Origin: Lentisphaeria bacterium
GTDB taxonomy: Bacteria > Verrucomicrobiota > Lentisphaeria > Victivallales > Victivallaceae
Direction: 5' to 3'
Length of the DNA: 64,000 nucleotides
Assembly: GCA_017508385.1 (NCBI GenBank)
Contig: JAFVZB010000008.1
Location: 32,848 to 96,847, forward strand
Position 1 is the stretch's first letter; the number at the start of each line of letters is the position of its first letter. Both the position numbers and the translations under genes were made by a program. Of this stretch, positions 57,063 to 64,000 are shown one piece after another. Below the pieces are notes generated by a model. The model saw nothing but the letters and a program-made list of their open reading frames with translations, ran no database searches and had not been told where the DNA came from.

Positions 57063-58292
57063 TTATTTGAGTCTTCCGGTGTAAGCATCAACATCTGAGG
57101 TGTCGATTTTCTGCGAGAAGAATTTGTTAGCGGCTTTGTTGAGTTCTTTATCCCACGGACGATCTTTTCCGTTCAGCTGTACGACTTTGAGTCTGAGCTC
57201 TTTCTTTTTCCAGTTGACATTGCAGCTGGTTCCCCATGCTCCGCCGTGACCCATGATGCCGATTTTTTCGTTGACGAGGAGTCCGAGAGAGTAGCGTCCG
57301 AGCTTTTCGGGACGGGTTGATTTGGCGAGATACTTTTTAACAGTTTCCTCTTTGAGAATACGCACTCCGTTGTCGCCGACACCGAGGTTCATCAGCATCT
57401 TGTAGAACTTGAGCTGGTCATTGGTGGTGAGCCAGAGTCCTGCTCCGGCGGAGGGATGGACATTGGGACCGTTGTGGGGAAGAGGCATCCATTTGTTGAA
57501 CTTGCGGAACTTTGCTTTCTGACCTTTTTTTACATCGTACATTGATATGGCTCTTGACAGCTGCTCCTCTGTGGGGTTGAAAGTGGCATCTTTCATGCCG
57601 AGTTTGTCAAAGAGACGCTCTTTGAGGAAAACCTCCCACGGCTGACCTGACACGACTTCGACGATGGCTGCACCGATGTCGATTCCGGTATTGGAGTATT
57701 TCATTTTGGTTCCGGGCTCAAAAAGCAGCGGCTGTGCGGCAGCTTCTCTGGCAGCATCACGCAGAGAGCATCCGGGCCAGCCTTTTTTCTGCTTGGTCGG
57801 GATCTCGAACTGGTATCCTCCGGTATGGTTCATCACCATGCGGATGGTCAGCACGTTTTTGGCAGGAACTGTGCTCTTTTTGCCATCTTTGCCTTTGACC
57901 GCAACTTTGAGGTTTTTGAACTCGGGAAGGTACTTCGAGACCGGGTCGTCAAGAGAAATTTTGCCCTCTTCGAGCAGGATCGCAATGGTGACTCCGCAGA
58001 AACCTTTGGTCTGTGAGCACTGCATGAACATTCTGTCGAGTGACATCGGGATTTTTTTCTCAACATCAGCCCAGCCGGAACAGGTGGTTTCCTGAACTCC
58101 GTTCTTGTAGAAGATGCTGATGATACCGGGGAGCTCTCCTGATTCGATGTATGGTTTGACCGCAGCGGCGGCGAAGTTGGTTTTGCTCTCTTTTACTTTT
58201 GCTTCCACGGCTTTGCAGCAGCATCCTGCAAGAAGCAGTGCGGATATTGCCGGTAAGGCAACTCCTGATAACCATTTTGCTCTCATTTTCAT
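57063..58292 (-). CDS. serine hydrolase, beta-lactamase/PBP-related family, lipoprotein
   Basis: SQTK (SxxK), YSN and HGG motifs. Lipobox LLAGC near the N-terminus. Confidence 0.8.
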   Translation of the reverse strand: MKMRAKWLSGVALPAISALLLAGCCCKAVEAKVKESKTNFAAAAVKPYIESGELPGIISIFYKNGVQETTCSGWADVEKKIPMSLDRMFMQCSQTKGFCGVTIAILLEEGKISLDDPVSKYLPEFKNLKVAVKGKDGKKSTVPAKNVLTIRMVMNHTGGYQFEIPTKQKKGWPGCSLRDAAREAAAQPLLFEPGTKMKYSNTGIDIGAAIVEVVSGQPWEVFLKERLFDKLGMKDATFNPTEEQLSRAISMYDVKKGQKAKFRKFNKWMPLPHNGPNVHPSAGAGLWLTTNDQLKFYKMLMNLGVGDNGVRILKEETVKKYLAKSTRPEKLGRYSLGLLVNEKIGIMGHGGAWGTSCNVNWKKKELRLKVVQLNGKDRPWDKELNKAANKFFSQKIDTSDVDAYTGRLK

Positions 58293-58364
58293 TTTCTCCT
58301 GTTTGTTTGAATTTGAGGAATGTTCTTAACATAGCATCTTTTTGAAATTTTGCAACACAACAGT

Positions 58365-58393
58365 TTGTAAAGAGCCGCAATTAAAGGTATATT
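58365..58393 (+). promoter_or_regulatory. sigma70-like promoter TTGTAA-N17-TATATT upstream of the DUF3842 gene
   Basis: -35 at 58365-58370 and -10 at 58388-58393, with exact 17-nt spacing. Confidence 0.35.
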
Positions 58394-58416
58394 ATAGGGA
58401 AAAAAGGAGATGCAAC

Positions 58417-58827
58417 ATGAACATTCTTATCGTTGACGGTCAGGGCGGAGGAGTCGGTAAACAGCTGGTGCAGATGTTGAAGAAAGAGATTCCTGATTCT
58501 TTCGTCATGGCGGTCGGAACCAACAGTGCCGCCAGCCAGAGTATGCTCAGAGCCGGAGCCGATGCCGCTGCCACCGGAGAAAACGCCGTGACAGTAGCCG
58601 CCAAAAAAGCCGATGTCATCGCAGGTCCCATCGGAATAGTTGTGGCTGACTCTCTCTACGGAGAAATCACTCCGGCAATGGCTCTTGCCATAGCTCAGAG
58701 CGGAGCAAAACGCATACTGCTGCCCTTCCAGCACTGCGACAACATCATCGTCGGAGTCGGTGACTTCAACATCACCAATCTCATAACTCTCGCCGTTAAT
58801 GAGATAAAAAATTTGAAAAACTGTTGA
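58417..58827 (+). CDS. DUF3842 family protein
   Basis: MNILIVDGQGGGVGKQLV...GTNSAAS...ATGENA...GPIGIV matches the recalled DUF3842 pattern. AAGGAGA RBS upstream. Start placed at ATG 58417. Confidence 0.7.
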   Translation: MNILIVDGQGGGVGKQLVQMLKKEIPDSFVMAVGTNSAASQSMLRAGADAAATGENAVTVAAKKADVIAGPIGIVVADSLYGEITPAMALAIAQSGAKRILLPFQHCDNIIVGVGDFNITNLITLAVNEIKNLKNC

Positions 58828-58841
58828 ATCTGTACTATATT
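58813..58841 (+). promoter_or_regulatory. sigma70-like promoter TTGAAA-N17-TATATT overlapping the DUF3842 stop codon, upstream of the second pseudopilin gene
   Basis: -35 at 58813-58818 and -10 at 58836-58841. Would give a leader of roughly 150 nt. Confidence 0.4.
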
Positions 58842-58927
58842 ATAAAACTATCCGGCACGAAGCCGGAATACAAACTGCACGCAGCAGTTACGCAATAACA
58901 ACAAAAGAGAAACATAGCGTACTACGA

Positions 58928-58977
58928 AGGTATGCCGTATTCCCTTGTATCGGGGAACGCAGGCATACCTTTTTTTG
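58928..58977 (+). terminator. intrinsic terminator-like hairpin plus T-run, 18 nt upstream of the pseudopilin ATG
   Basis: 9-bp stem AGGTATGCC/GGCATACCT (58928-58936 with 58962-58970), inner TTCCC/GGGAA pairing, and T7 run at 58971-58977. Confidence 0.6.
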
Positions 58978-58995
58978 TGTGCAGAAAGATTAAAA

Positions 58996-59748
58996 ATGTC
59001 AGGAAAATCCAAAAATAGAAAACAATTTTTCACTCTCATTGAATTGCTGGTCGTAATAGCAATCATCGCTGTTCTTGCAGGAATCCTGATGCCCGCTCTG
59101 GCAAGTGCGAGGGCGAGGAGCAGGGCGGTCAAGTGTCAGAGCAACATGAGTCAGCTGGCGATGGTGTTCAACTATTACGGAGATGACAGCGGTGGATATT
59201 TGCCCTGTCTCGACAACATCGGAGGAGCTGGAGCAATCAATTCAAAGGGAGAAACCGTCGATGCCAAGAGCTGGCTGAACGATACGGTGAAGCGGTATCT
59301 GGGCAAGGTCGATGCGTCAAAAGAGCCGGTTGAACTTCTGCGTTGTCCTGATGAGGAGTCTCTGGTTGACATCACGACCAACTACGGTTTGAACTACCTT
59401 GTTGCCACCCGTGGAGTCGGACAGGGCATCAAGCGTGAGACCCATCTGCGTCCGGGAGCGACGGCGATGATCGTGGAAAATTCAGGACACCTCTGTTACT
59501 ATCCGGGAGTGACCAATCCGGGAAATCTGCACAACACCGGCAGCAGTTACGGCAAAAACCGTGCGGCGTATTTCCGTCATGCGGAGCGTGCGGTCACAGC
59601 TTTTATTGACGGACACGTTGAGCTGAGAGAGAAAATGAGCGTTCCGTGTCTCGAAAGTTTCCCCGACGCCACGGCGCAGATGGTGGAAAACACCGTGTTC
59701 AACAAGGGCAAAGCCGATGGTTCTCAGCCGGGAATTTCCGGAATGTGA
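58996..59748 (+). CDS. prepilin-type N-terminal domain / H-X9-DG family pseudopilin-like protein
   Basis: [35 protein letters not shown] and C-terminal HAERAVTAFIDG (H-X9-DG). Start placed at ATG 58996. Confidence 0.85.
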   Translation: MSGKSKNRKQFFTLIELLVVIAIIAVLAGILMPALASARARSRAVKCQSNMSQLAMVFNYYGDDSGGYLPCLDNIGGAGAINSKGETVDAKSWLNDTVKRYLGKVDASKEPVELLRCPDEESLVDITTNYGLNYLVATRGVGQGIKRETHLRPGATAMIVENSGHLCYYPGVTNPGNLHNTGSSYGKNRAAYFRHAERAVTAFIDGHVELREKMSVPCLESFPDATAQMVENTVFNKGKADGSQPGISGM

Positions 59749-59807
59749 TTGAAAAAACATCAACGTGGTGCTATATTTACGCAAATGATAAATTTTGGAG
59801 AATGAAT

Positions 59808-60308
59808 ATGAAAAAACTGCTTTTACTTGCCGTTGCCGCACTTGTTTCCGGCGGATGCTGTCGCTATTCACACCCCGAATATGCATTCAACGAGGCTGTG
59901 AAAATGGTGCACGAAAACCGTGCCGAATGCGTTGTTGTGAAAGATAACTCAATACTTGCTGTCGAGCGGGGCAGGGGAGTGAGTCCGCTGCTCAAACTCT
60001 ACGACACCAAAAAGGAGCTGATGGCAGGTGCAACCGTGGTTGACAAAGTCATCGGCAGAGCGGCGGCGTTCATCGTTATCAAAGGCAAAGCCAAAGCGGT
60101 TTACGGCAAAATCATGAGCGAAGATGCCAAAGAGCTGCTCGCCCAATACGATATCAAGGCAACGCACGACCTGCTGGTGCCGAGGATACTCAACCGTAAG
60201 CGTGACGGACTCTGTCCGCTCGAGGACTCAGTCAAAGATGCGAAAGATGCCGACTCAGCCCTCAAATCAATGCGCAAACGCATAATCGAACTGCGCAGCG
60301 GAAAATAA
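59808..60308 (+). CDS. DUF1893 (TM1506-like) domain protein with lipoprotein-like signal
   Basis: GRGVSPLL...DKVIGRAAAFI...ILNRKRDGLCPLE matches the recalled DUF1893 pattern. N-terminus MKKLLLLAVAALVSGGC. GGAG RBS upstream. Confidence 0.65.
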   Translation: MKKLLLLAVAALVSGGCCRYSHPEYAFNEAVKMVHENRAECVVVKDNSILAVERGRGVSPLLKLYDTKKELMAGATVVDKVIGRAAAFIVIKGKAKAVYGKIMSEDAKELLAQYDIKATHDLLVPRILNRKRDGLCPLEDSVKDAKDADSALKSMRKRIIELRSGK

Positions 60309-60310
60309 AT

Positions 60311-61585
60311 TCAGCGTTTGACTGCCACCACTGAAACTCCGTCGGGAATGACCGCCACTTTGGCATCTCTTCCGACGTGCTGATACGCCATTTCGAGAGC
60401 CTCCTGTATTGACGGAGCAACATCGAGTTTCATCGCTTTTATCATGGCATGGTCGCAATCTCTGGTCACCATGATGACTTTGAATTTTTCCAGAATACGC
60501 AGGAGTATCTGGTACTGCCACTGGTCCTGACGGGTGTTTTCCTGCGGAACTTTTTCGATTTCACGCAGTGTCTCTGCGACCGACGGAGCTTCTGAAAGAG
60601 CCTTGAAGAAAGACTCGCCTCCGTGACCGTCGCAGCAGCTTGCCGAGAGAATGATGACTCCGTTTTCACGACAGACGGCTTCACCGGCAGTCATGCCCTT
60701 TACGCTCTGGTAAACATTCTGGTCGAGCGGATATCCTCCGTTGCTGGTGATGACGATGTCGGCTTCGGGAACTTCGATGCGGCAGAGACCTGAAAGAAAC
60801 TTGCATCCGGCTTCGTGAGCGGCAAAAGTGTCTCCGGCAAAGGCTTTGACAATCTCTTTGTCATGGTTGATGACCACGTTCAAAATAAAAGAGAGCTTTG
60901 CGGCACGGGCGGCAAAGAGCATGTCGGCGTGGATAGGATTGTTTTCAAGTATTCCGGTGCGGGAGTGCGGATTTTGGATGAACTTTGAGCAGTGATTTGC
61001 CCAGACCGTCTCACGTGCGGCTATTCCGGGCAGAACACTCTTGCGGCCTCCGGAAAAACCGGCAAAGAAGTGCGGTTCAATAAAACCCTCAGCAACAAGG
61101 AGTTCGGCTTCGGCGGCAAGACGGTTTATCACCAGTTTACCTCCGGAAGGAAGAGTTCCGAGTTCACAGTACATCGAGCTGTCAGTGCAGTCGTGGATAT
61201 GGATTTTTTCATTGTCAACGATATCGGCACCGAACTTGGAAACCAGCTCATCACGGGTAGTCTCACGGTGGCATCCGGTGGCGATGAGAATGGTGATATC
61301 GATCTCAGGATTGTTTTGGCGCAGGCGTTTGAGCATTTCCGGAATAATGTACTTGCTCGGAACCGGACGGGTATGGTCACTTGCGATGATAACGGCATTT
61401 TTTTTGCCTCTCGCCATCTCCTCGAGGGTAACAGAGCCAATGGGATTATCAAAGGCGTTGACGACCTCTTGGAACGGGTCAGCAGCCGCCTGAGGCAGAG
61501 TTGAGTTGTAAACTCCGAGCAAATTATTATCATCGACATCGACACTCATCGGAGTCTTGCCATAAGGTACAAGTATATTCTTCAT
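60311..61585 (-). CDS. larA: LarA-family nickel-pincer-dependent 2-hydroxyacid racemase/epimerase (DUF2088)
   Basis: SDHTRP, GFSGGRKSVLPG (cofactor-binding Lys region) and the following NH motif; 424 aa. Confidence 0.8.
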   Translation of the reverse strand: MKNILVPYGKTPMSVDVDDNNLLGVYNSTLPQAAADPFQEVVNAFDNPIGSVTLEEMARGKKNAVIIASDHTRPVPSKYIIPEMLKRLRQNNPEIDITILIATGCHRETTRDELVSKFGADIVDNEKIHIHDCTDSSMYCELGTLPSGGKLVINRLAAEAELLVAEGFIEPHFFAGFSGGRKSVLPGIAARETVWANHCSKFIQNPHSRTGILENNPIHADMLFAARAAKLSFILNVVINHDKEIVKAFAGDTFAAHEAGCKFLSGLCRIEVPEADIVITSNGGYPLDQNVYQSVKGMTAGEAVCRENGVIILSASCCDGHGGESFFKALSEAPSVAETLREIEKVPQENTRQDQWQYQILLRILEKFKVIMVTRDCDHAMIKAMKLDVAPSIQEALEMAYQHVGRDAKVAVIPDGVSVVAVKR

Positions 61586-61624
61586 AGTTCACACTTTCCG
61601 TATAATAATTGATGTTCAAATGAA

Positions 61625-61653
61625 AATATAGCGTGCCAATCCCCAATAGTCAA
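61625..61653 (-). promoter_or_regulatory. sigma70-like promoter TTGACT-N17-TATATT upstream of larA
   Basis: On the minus strand, -35 at 61653-61648 and -10 at 61630-61625, about 40 nt upstream of ATG 61585. Confidence 0.45.
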
Positions 61654-61750
61654 GTCTTTTACTGAGGATTTATCGGAGGAAACAGGGCGTGCAACGTACA
61701 AGATGTTATGCTCAGGCAAGTAATGTCGACTCCGGCAAAAAAACGAAAAC

Positions 61751-62083
61751 AAAAACGTCAGTCAGGAAACATACCGTCATTGCCGGTACCTCACCAACGA
61801 AACGCAATCTCAGGTATGGAAGGCTTTATTTCATTACGAAAAATCCCGGTAACAAAAACGTCGGTTAGGAAACATACCGTCATTGCCGGTACCCAACCAA
61901 CGAAACGCAATCGCTGGTATGGAATGGTATGCGCCACATTCCGCCCCGAATTTATTTCATTACGAAAAAATCCCGGTAACAAAAACGTCGGTTAGGAAAC
62001 ATACCGTCATTGCCGGTACCCCACCAACGAAACGCAATCTCTGGTATGGAATGGTATGCGCCAATTACCATTCGCACCGCCCC
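61751..62083. repeat. tandem direct repeat, three units (103, 127 and a truncated roughly 100 bp unit)
   Basis: Units start at 61751, 61854 and 61981 with AAAAACGTC(A/G)GT(C/T)AGGAAACATACCGTCATTGCCGGTACC.... Units 2 and 3 differ at 2 of the first 83 positions. Unit 1 lacks a roughly 25-nt segment. Confidence 0.9.
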
Positions 62084-62104
62084 AACGGGGGCGGTGCGTT
62101 ATCC

Positions 62105-62164
62105 AAAAAAAGGTGGGGCGGGAACCGCTTGCCTCAAGGGAACAAAGGCAAGGGCTCCCGCCCC
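62105..62164 (-). terminator. rho-independent terminator of the ECF sigma operon
   Basis: Long GC-rich imperfect hairpin GGGGCGGGAACCGCTTGCC / GGCAAGGGCTCCCGCCCC (62115-62164), followed on the minus strand by a T7 run (plus-strand A-run 62105-62111). Confidence 0.65.
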
Positions 62165-62200
62165 GGGGAAATAAGCGGATTTCTCCGCTTGCAAGGGGGC

Positions 62201-62773
62201 TTATTTTGGTGGCGGAGTGGCAAAGCGGCGGTGCGGTCTCTTTCCGTAGTTCGGACGTTTTCCGGATATTATGTTGTTTACTACGGTATCGACGATTTTT
62301 TCCTCGGCTTTCTCTCTGCGGTCAAGCTCTTTTTCGAGTTTTTCAGCTCTTTTTTGGAGTTCATCAAGCTGCATTCTGCTCTGGCGCAGGCGGCGTTTGA
62401 AGTTCTCACGCACCATAGTCTTTATCTTTTCGAGCAGTTGCGGCTTCTCTTTTTCTCCGGCAGTTTTGTACTTTTCGACGAGAGCGGCAAGCTCCAAGCG
62501 GCGGAGCTTTTCGGCTTTGAAGAACTCCTCACCGAGCTTGTGCATCTCGGTGCGGAACTTTTCCGGGTCCTCACGCTGGAGTTTCAGCATAGCCTGACGC
62601 TCTTCAGGAGAAAGTTCGGCGAAAGCCATCCACATTCCGTGACCTTTGCGGAAGTTGTTGCGCTTCTGTCGGTGCGGATGAGGTGCGTGACGCTCGGGGG
62701 GCGGAGCTGCTTTTTCGGCAAAAACTCCGATGGCTGTTGTGGTCAAAAGGGCAAGTATCAGTAATTTTTTCAT
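62201..62773 (-). CDS. periplasmic coiled-coil protein (charged, His/Pro-rich N-region), function unknown
   Basis: Signal peptide MKKLLILALLTTTAIGVFA, then HAPHPH and long Lys/Glu-rich helices. Start placed at ATG 62773 (GGAG RBS), 1 nt after the upstream stop. Confidence 0.65.
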   Translation of the reverse strand: MKKLLILALLTTTAIGVFAEKAAPPPERHAPHPHRQKRNNFRKGHGMWMAFAELSPEERQAMLKLQREDPEKFRTEMHKLGEEFFKAEKLRRLELAALVEKYKTAGEKEKPQLLEKIKTMVRENFKRRLRQSRMQLDELQKRAEKLEKELDRREKAEEKIVDTVVNNIISGKRPNYGKRPHRRFATPPPK

Positions 62774-62774
62774 C

Positions 62775-63107
62775 TTATTTCTCCAGATTAACACTGTTGT
62801 CGAGGGCATAAACGCTCTGGCAGTTGAGCTCGGAGGCAAGAGCGAAAAACTCCTGGTCGATGCTGCTGAAGTCGTTGAGTGCGAGATACTGCGTGTCGCT
62901 GACGTGCTTCTTCGGAGTCACGGGCACAGCAAAGATGGCGAAGCCGGCTACGCAGGCGGCTGCTATTCCGCTTGCGGCGACTATGATGTGCCGGTAGCGG
63001 TTCCGCCTCGAGTTTCCTGAAGCGGCGAGTCTGGCTGCGGCAAGCACTCTGGCATCAAGATGCTCAGGAACTTCCCGGATTTTCAGGACTTCAAATTCTT
63101 TTTTCAT
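62775..63107 (-). CDS. putative anti-sigma factor (single-pass membrane protein)
   Basis: 110 aa with one TM segment (IIVAASGIAAACVAGFAIFAV). Positioned directly after the ECF sigma gene. GGTGGAG RBS before ATG 63107. Confidence 0.55.
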   Translation of the reverse strand: MKKEFEVLKIREVPEHLDARVLAAARLAASGNSRRNRYRHIIVAASGIAAACVAGFAIFAVPVTPKKHVSDTQYLALNDFSSIDQEFFALASELNCQSVYALDNSVNLEK

Positions 63108-63123
63108 CACTCCACCTCTGGTA

Positions 63124-63714
63124 TCAACGTTTGGCAAAATCGCCGTTGTCTATCGAGCTCAGGAAGTTGCGTAAACTCTTGAGCGCGTACTGCATTCGGC
63201 TTAATACCGTATTTACTGAACACTCCTGGACCGCTGCGATCTCTTTGAACGAGAGATCCTGCTGCCGCAAGAGGAACACCTCTTTCTGCTCTTCAGGAAG
63301 TTCCTCGACTCCCTTTTGAATCCACTTGCCCAGCTCCTCAGAATCCATTTCGCGGTCGGGTTCCGGAAGGTTCTCGGCTATCACTTCGTCGAGTACGACA
63401 TCATTGAACTCAACTTCGCTGCAGCTCTTTCTTTTGCGGCACTTGTCATAAAAAACGTTGCGTGCCACTCTGAACAGCCATGCGCTGAACTTGCCGTTGT
63501 CACGGTATTTCGGCAGATTGTCAATGACTTTCAGCCAGGTTTCCGAAAAGACATCGTCGGCAGTTGCGTTGTCTTTGGTCATGTTGTTCAAAAAACCGTA
63601 GAGATTTTTCCGGTAGCGGATATAGAGAGTCTCGAAAGCCAATTCATCTCCATGGCAGAAGAGCTTTATGAGCTGAATATCTTCAAGCTCCCCGTATTTA
63701 TCTGCCATTGTCAT
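63124..63714 (-). CDS. RNA polymerase ECF-type sigma-70 family factor
   Basis: Region 2 (FETLYIRYRKNLYGFL, FSAWLFRVARNVFYD) and region 4 HTH (LSFKEIAAVQECSVNTVLSRMQYALKSL). Confidence 0.9.
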   Translation of the reverse strand: MTMADKYGELEDIQLIKLFCHGDELAFETLYIRYRKNLYGFLNNMTKDNATADDVFSETWLKVIDNLPKYRDNGKFSAWLFRVARNVFYDKCRKRKSCSEVEFNDVVLDEVIAENLPEPDREMDSEELGKWIQKGVEELPEEQKEVFLLRQQDLSFKEIAAVQECSVNTVLSRMQYALKSLRNFLSSIDNGDFAKR

Positions 63715-63807
63715 CCCCTTTTTCCGGATTTTTCTCTTTTCACCCGCTTAACGTATGGAAAAGCTCTTTTATTTTGCAAATTTTGAAAAAAATGAAAAAA
63801 AACACCG

Positions 63808-63999
63808 ATCAGAGCGTATTGGTGATAAATTTCCAGAATTTGAGATCATTTTCGAGGATTCCTGCCGGAGCTTTCGGGTCGAGCTTCACCCATGCCCACT
63901 GCTGGGACTCCATCGCTTCCGGCTCTGAGCTGCTCTTTATTGCCGCACGGATGAAGTGCAGGGTTATTTTGGACGTCTTTACCTGAAAAATCTCGTCGG
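63808..63999 (-). CDS. 3' end of an unidentified CDS that runs off the window edge
   Basis: The minus-strand frame is open from the window edge to TGA at 63810-63808 (63 codons, ending ...LKFWKFITNTL). Absent from the ORF track because no start codon lies in the window. Confidence 0.45.
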
Positions 64000-64000
64000 C

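Noticed and set aside
61708-61995. ORFs that read through the tandem repeat and give repeated peptide segments (KTSVRKHTVIAGT.PTKRN).
   Set aside because: The repeated peptide is a by-product of the DNA repeat. There is no RBS, the frame is not maintained across the 103-nt and 127-nt units, and the composition is not protein-like.
61751-62083. Possible CRISPR array.
   Set aside because: The units are contiguous and homologous along their whole length (103-127 bp), with no unique spacers and no cas genes in the window.
62161-62200. Additional small hairpins (AATAAGC...GCTTATT and GCGGA-TTTC-TCCGC) right after the stop codon of the periplasmic protein gene.
   Set aside because: They are probably part of the compound terminator region of the ECF operon. 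They have no independent signal, and the larger hairpin plus T-run at 62105-62164 explains termination.
1-63999. Mobile genetic island, prophage, toxin-antitoxin, restriction-modification, retron or DGR signatures.
   Set aside because: No integrase, transposase, reverse transcriptase, methyltransferase, capsid or terminase motifs, and no small paired ORFs typical of TA systems, were seen in any frame. Gene content is core metabolism plus glycan utilisation. No composition analysis could be run here.

Overview
The window is a dense chromosomal segment of about 50 CDS, mostly on the minus strand. No rRNA, tRNA, CRISPR array, transposase, integrase or phage gene was recognised by eye. Two prepilin-like proteins ([15 protein letters not shown]-termini, C-terminal H-X9-DG motif) and many secreted glycan-active enzymes suggest a PVC-superphylum bacterium (Lentisphaerota, Kiritimatiellota or Verrucomicrobiota-like). 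This taxonomic call is inference only. Housekeeping genes: rnc, ftsH, DUF167, apgM-type phosphoglycerate mutase, recX, mutM, mnmG, prfB, nifU-like, proS, aspartate kinase, hom, uvrB and an addAB-like pair. Carbohydrate modules are interleaved with them: (a) PfkB kinase, metallophosphoesterase, GPH/MFS, SDR and MDR dehydrogenase; (b) alpha-galactosidase, GH57-like, TIM-barrel isomerase and MDR dehydrogenase with a GntR/PBP regulator; (c) GH130; (d) GH4 with AraC. Main unusual observations: (1) A roughly 95-100 bp palindromic repeat element occurs in three copies, and its hairpin arms co-vary between copies. (2) One copy lies in frame inside the 5' end of an H-X9-DG pseudopilin gene, between two synonymously diverged copies of the FTLIELLV leader. 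(3) That pseudopilin is translationally coupled (ATGA) to a 1416-aa secreted PcRGLX/YetA-like enzyme, downstream of a GntR/PBP regulator. (4) A HydG-like radical-SAM gene has the first Cys of CX3CX2C replaced by Ser. (5) A three-copy 103-127 bp tandem repeat sits upstream of the larA promoter. (6) A terminator-like structured leader precedes the second pseudopilin gene. (7) A run of three signal-peptide proteins includes an exported DnaJ-type zinc-finger protein. All family assignments rest on motifs read from the translations. No database search was run.
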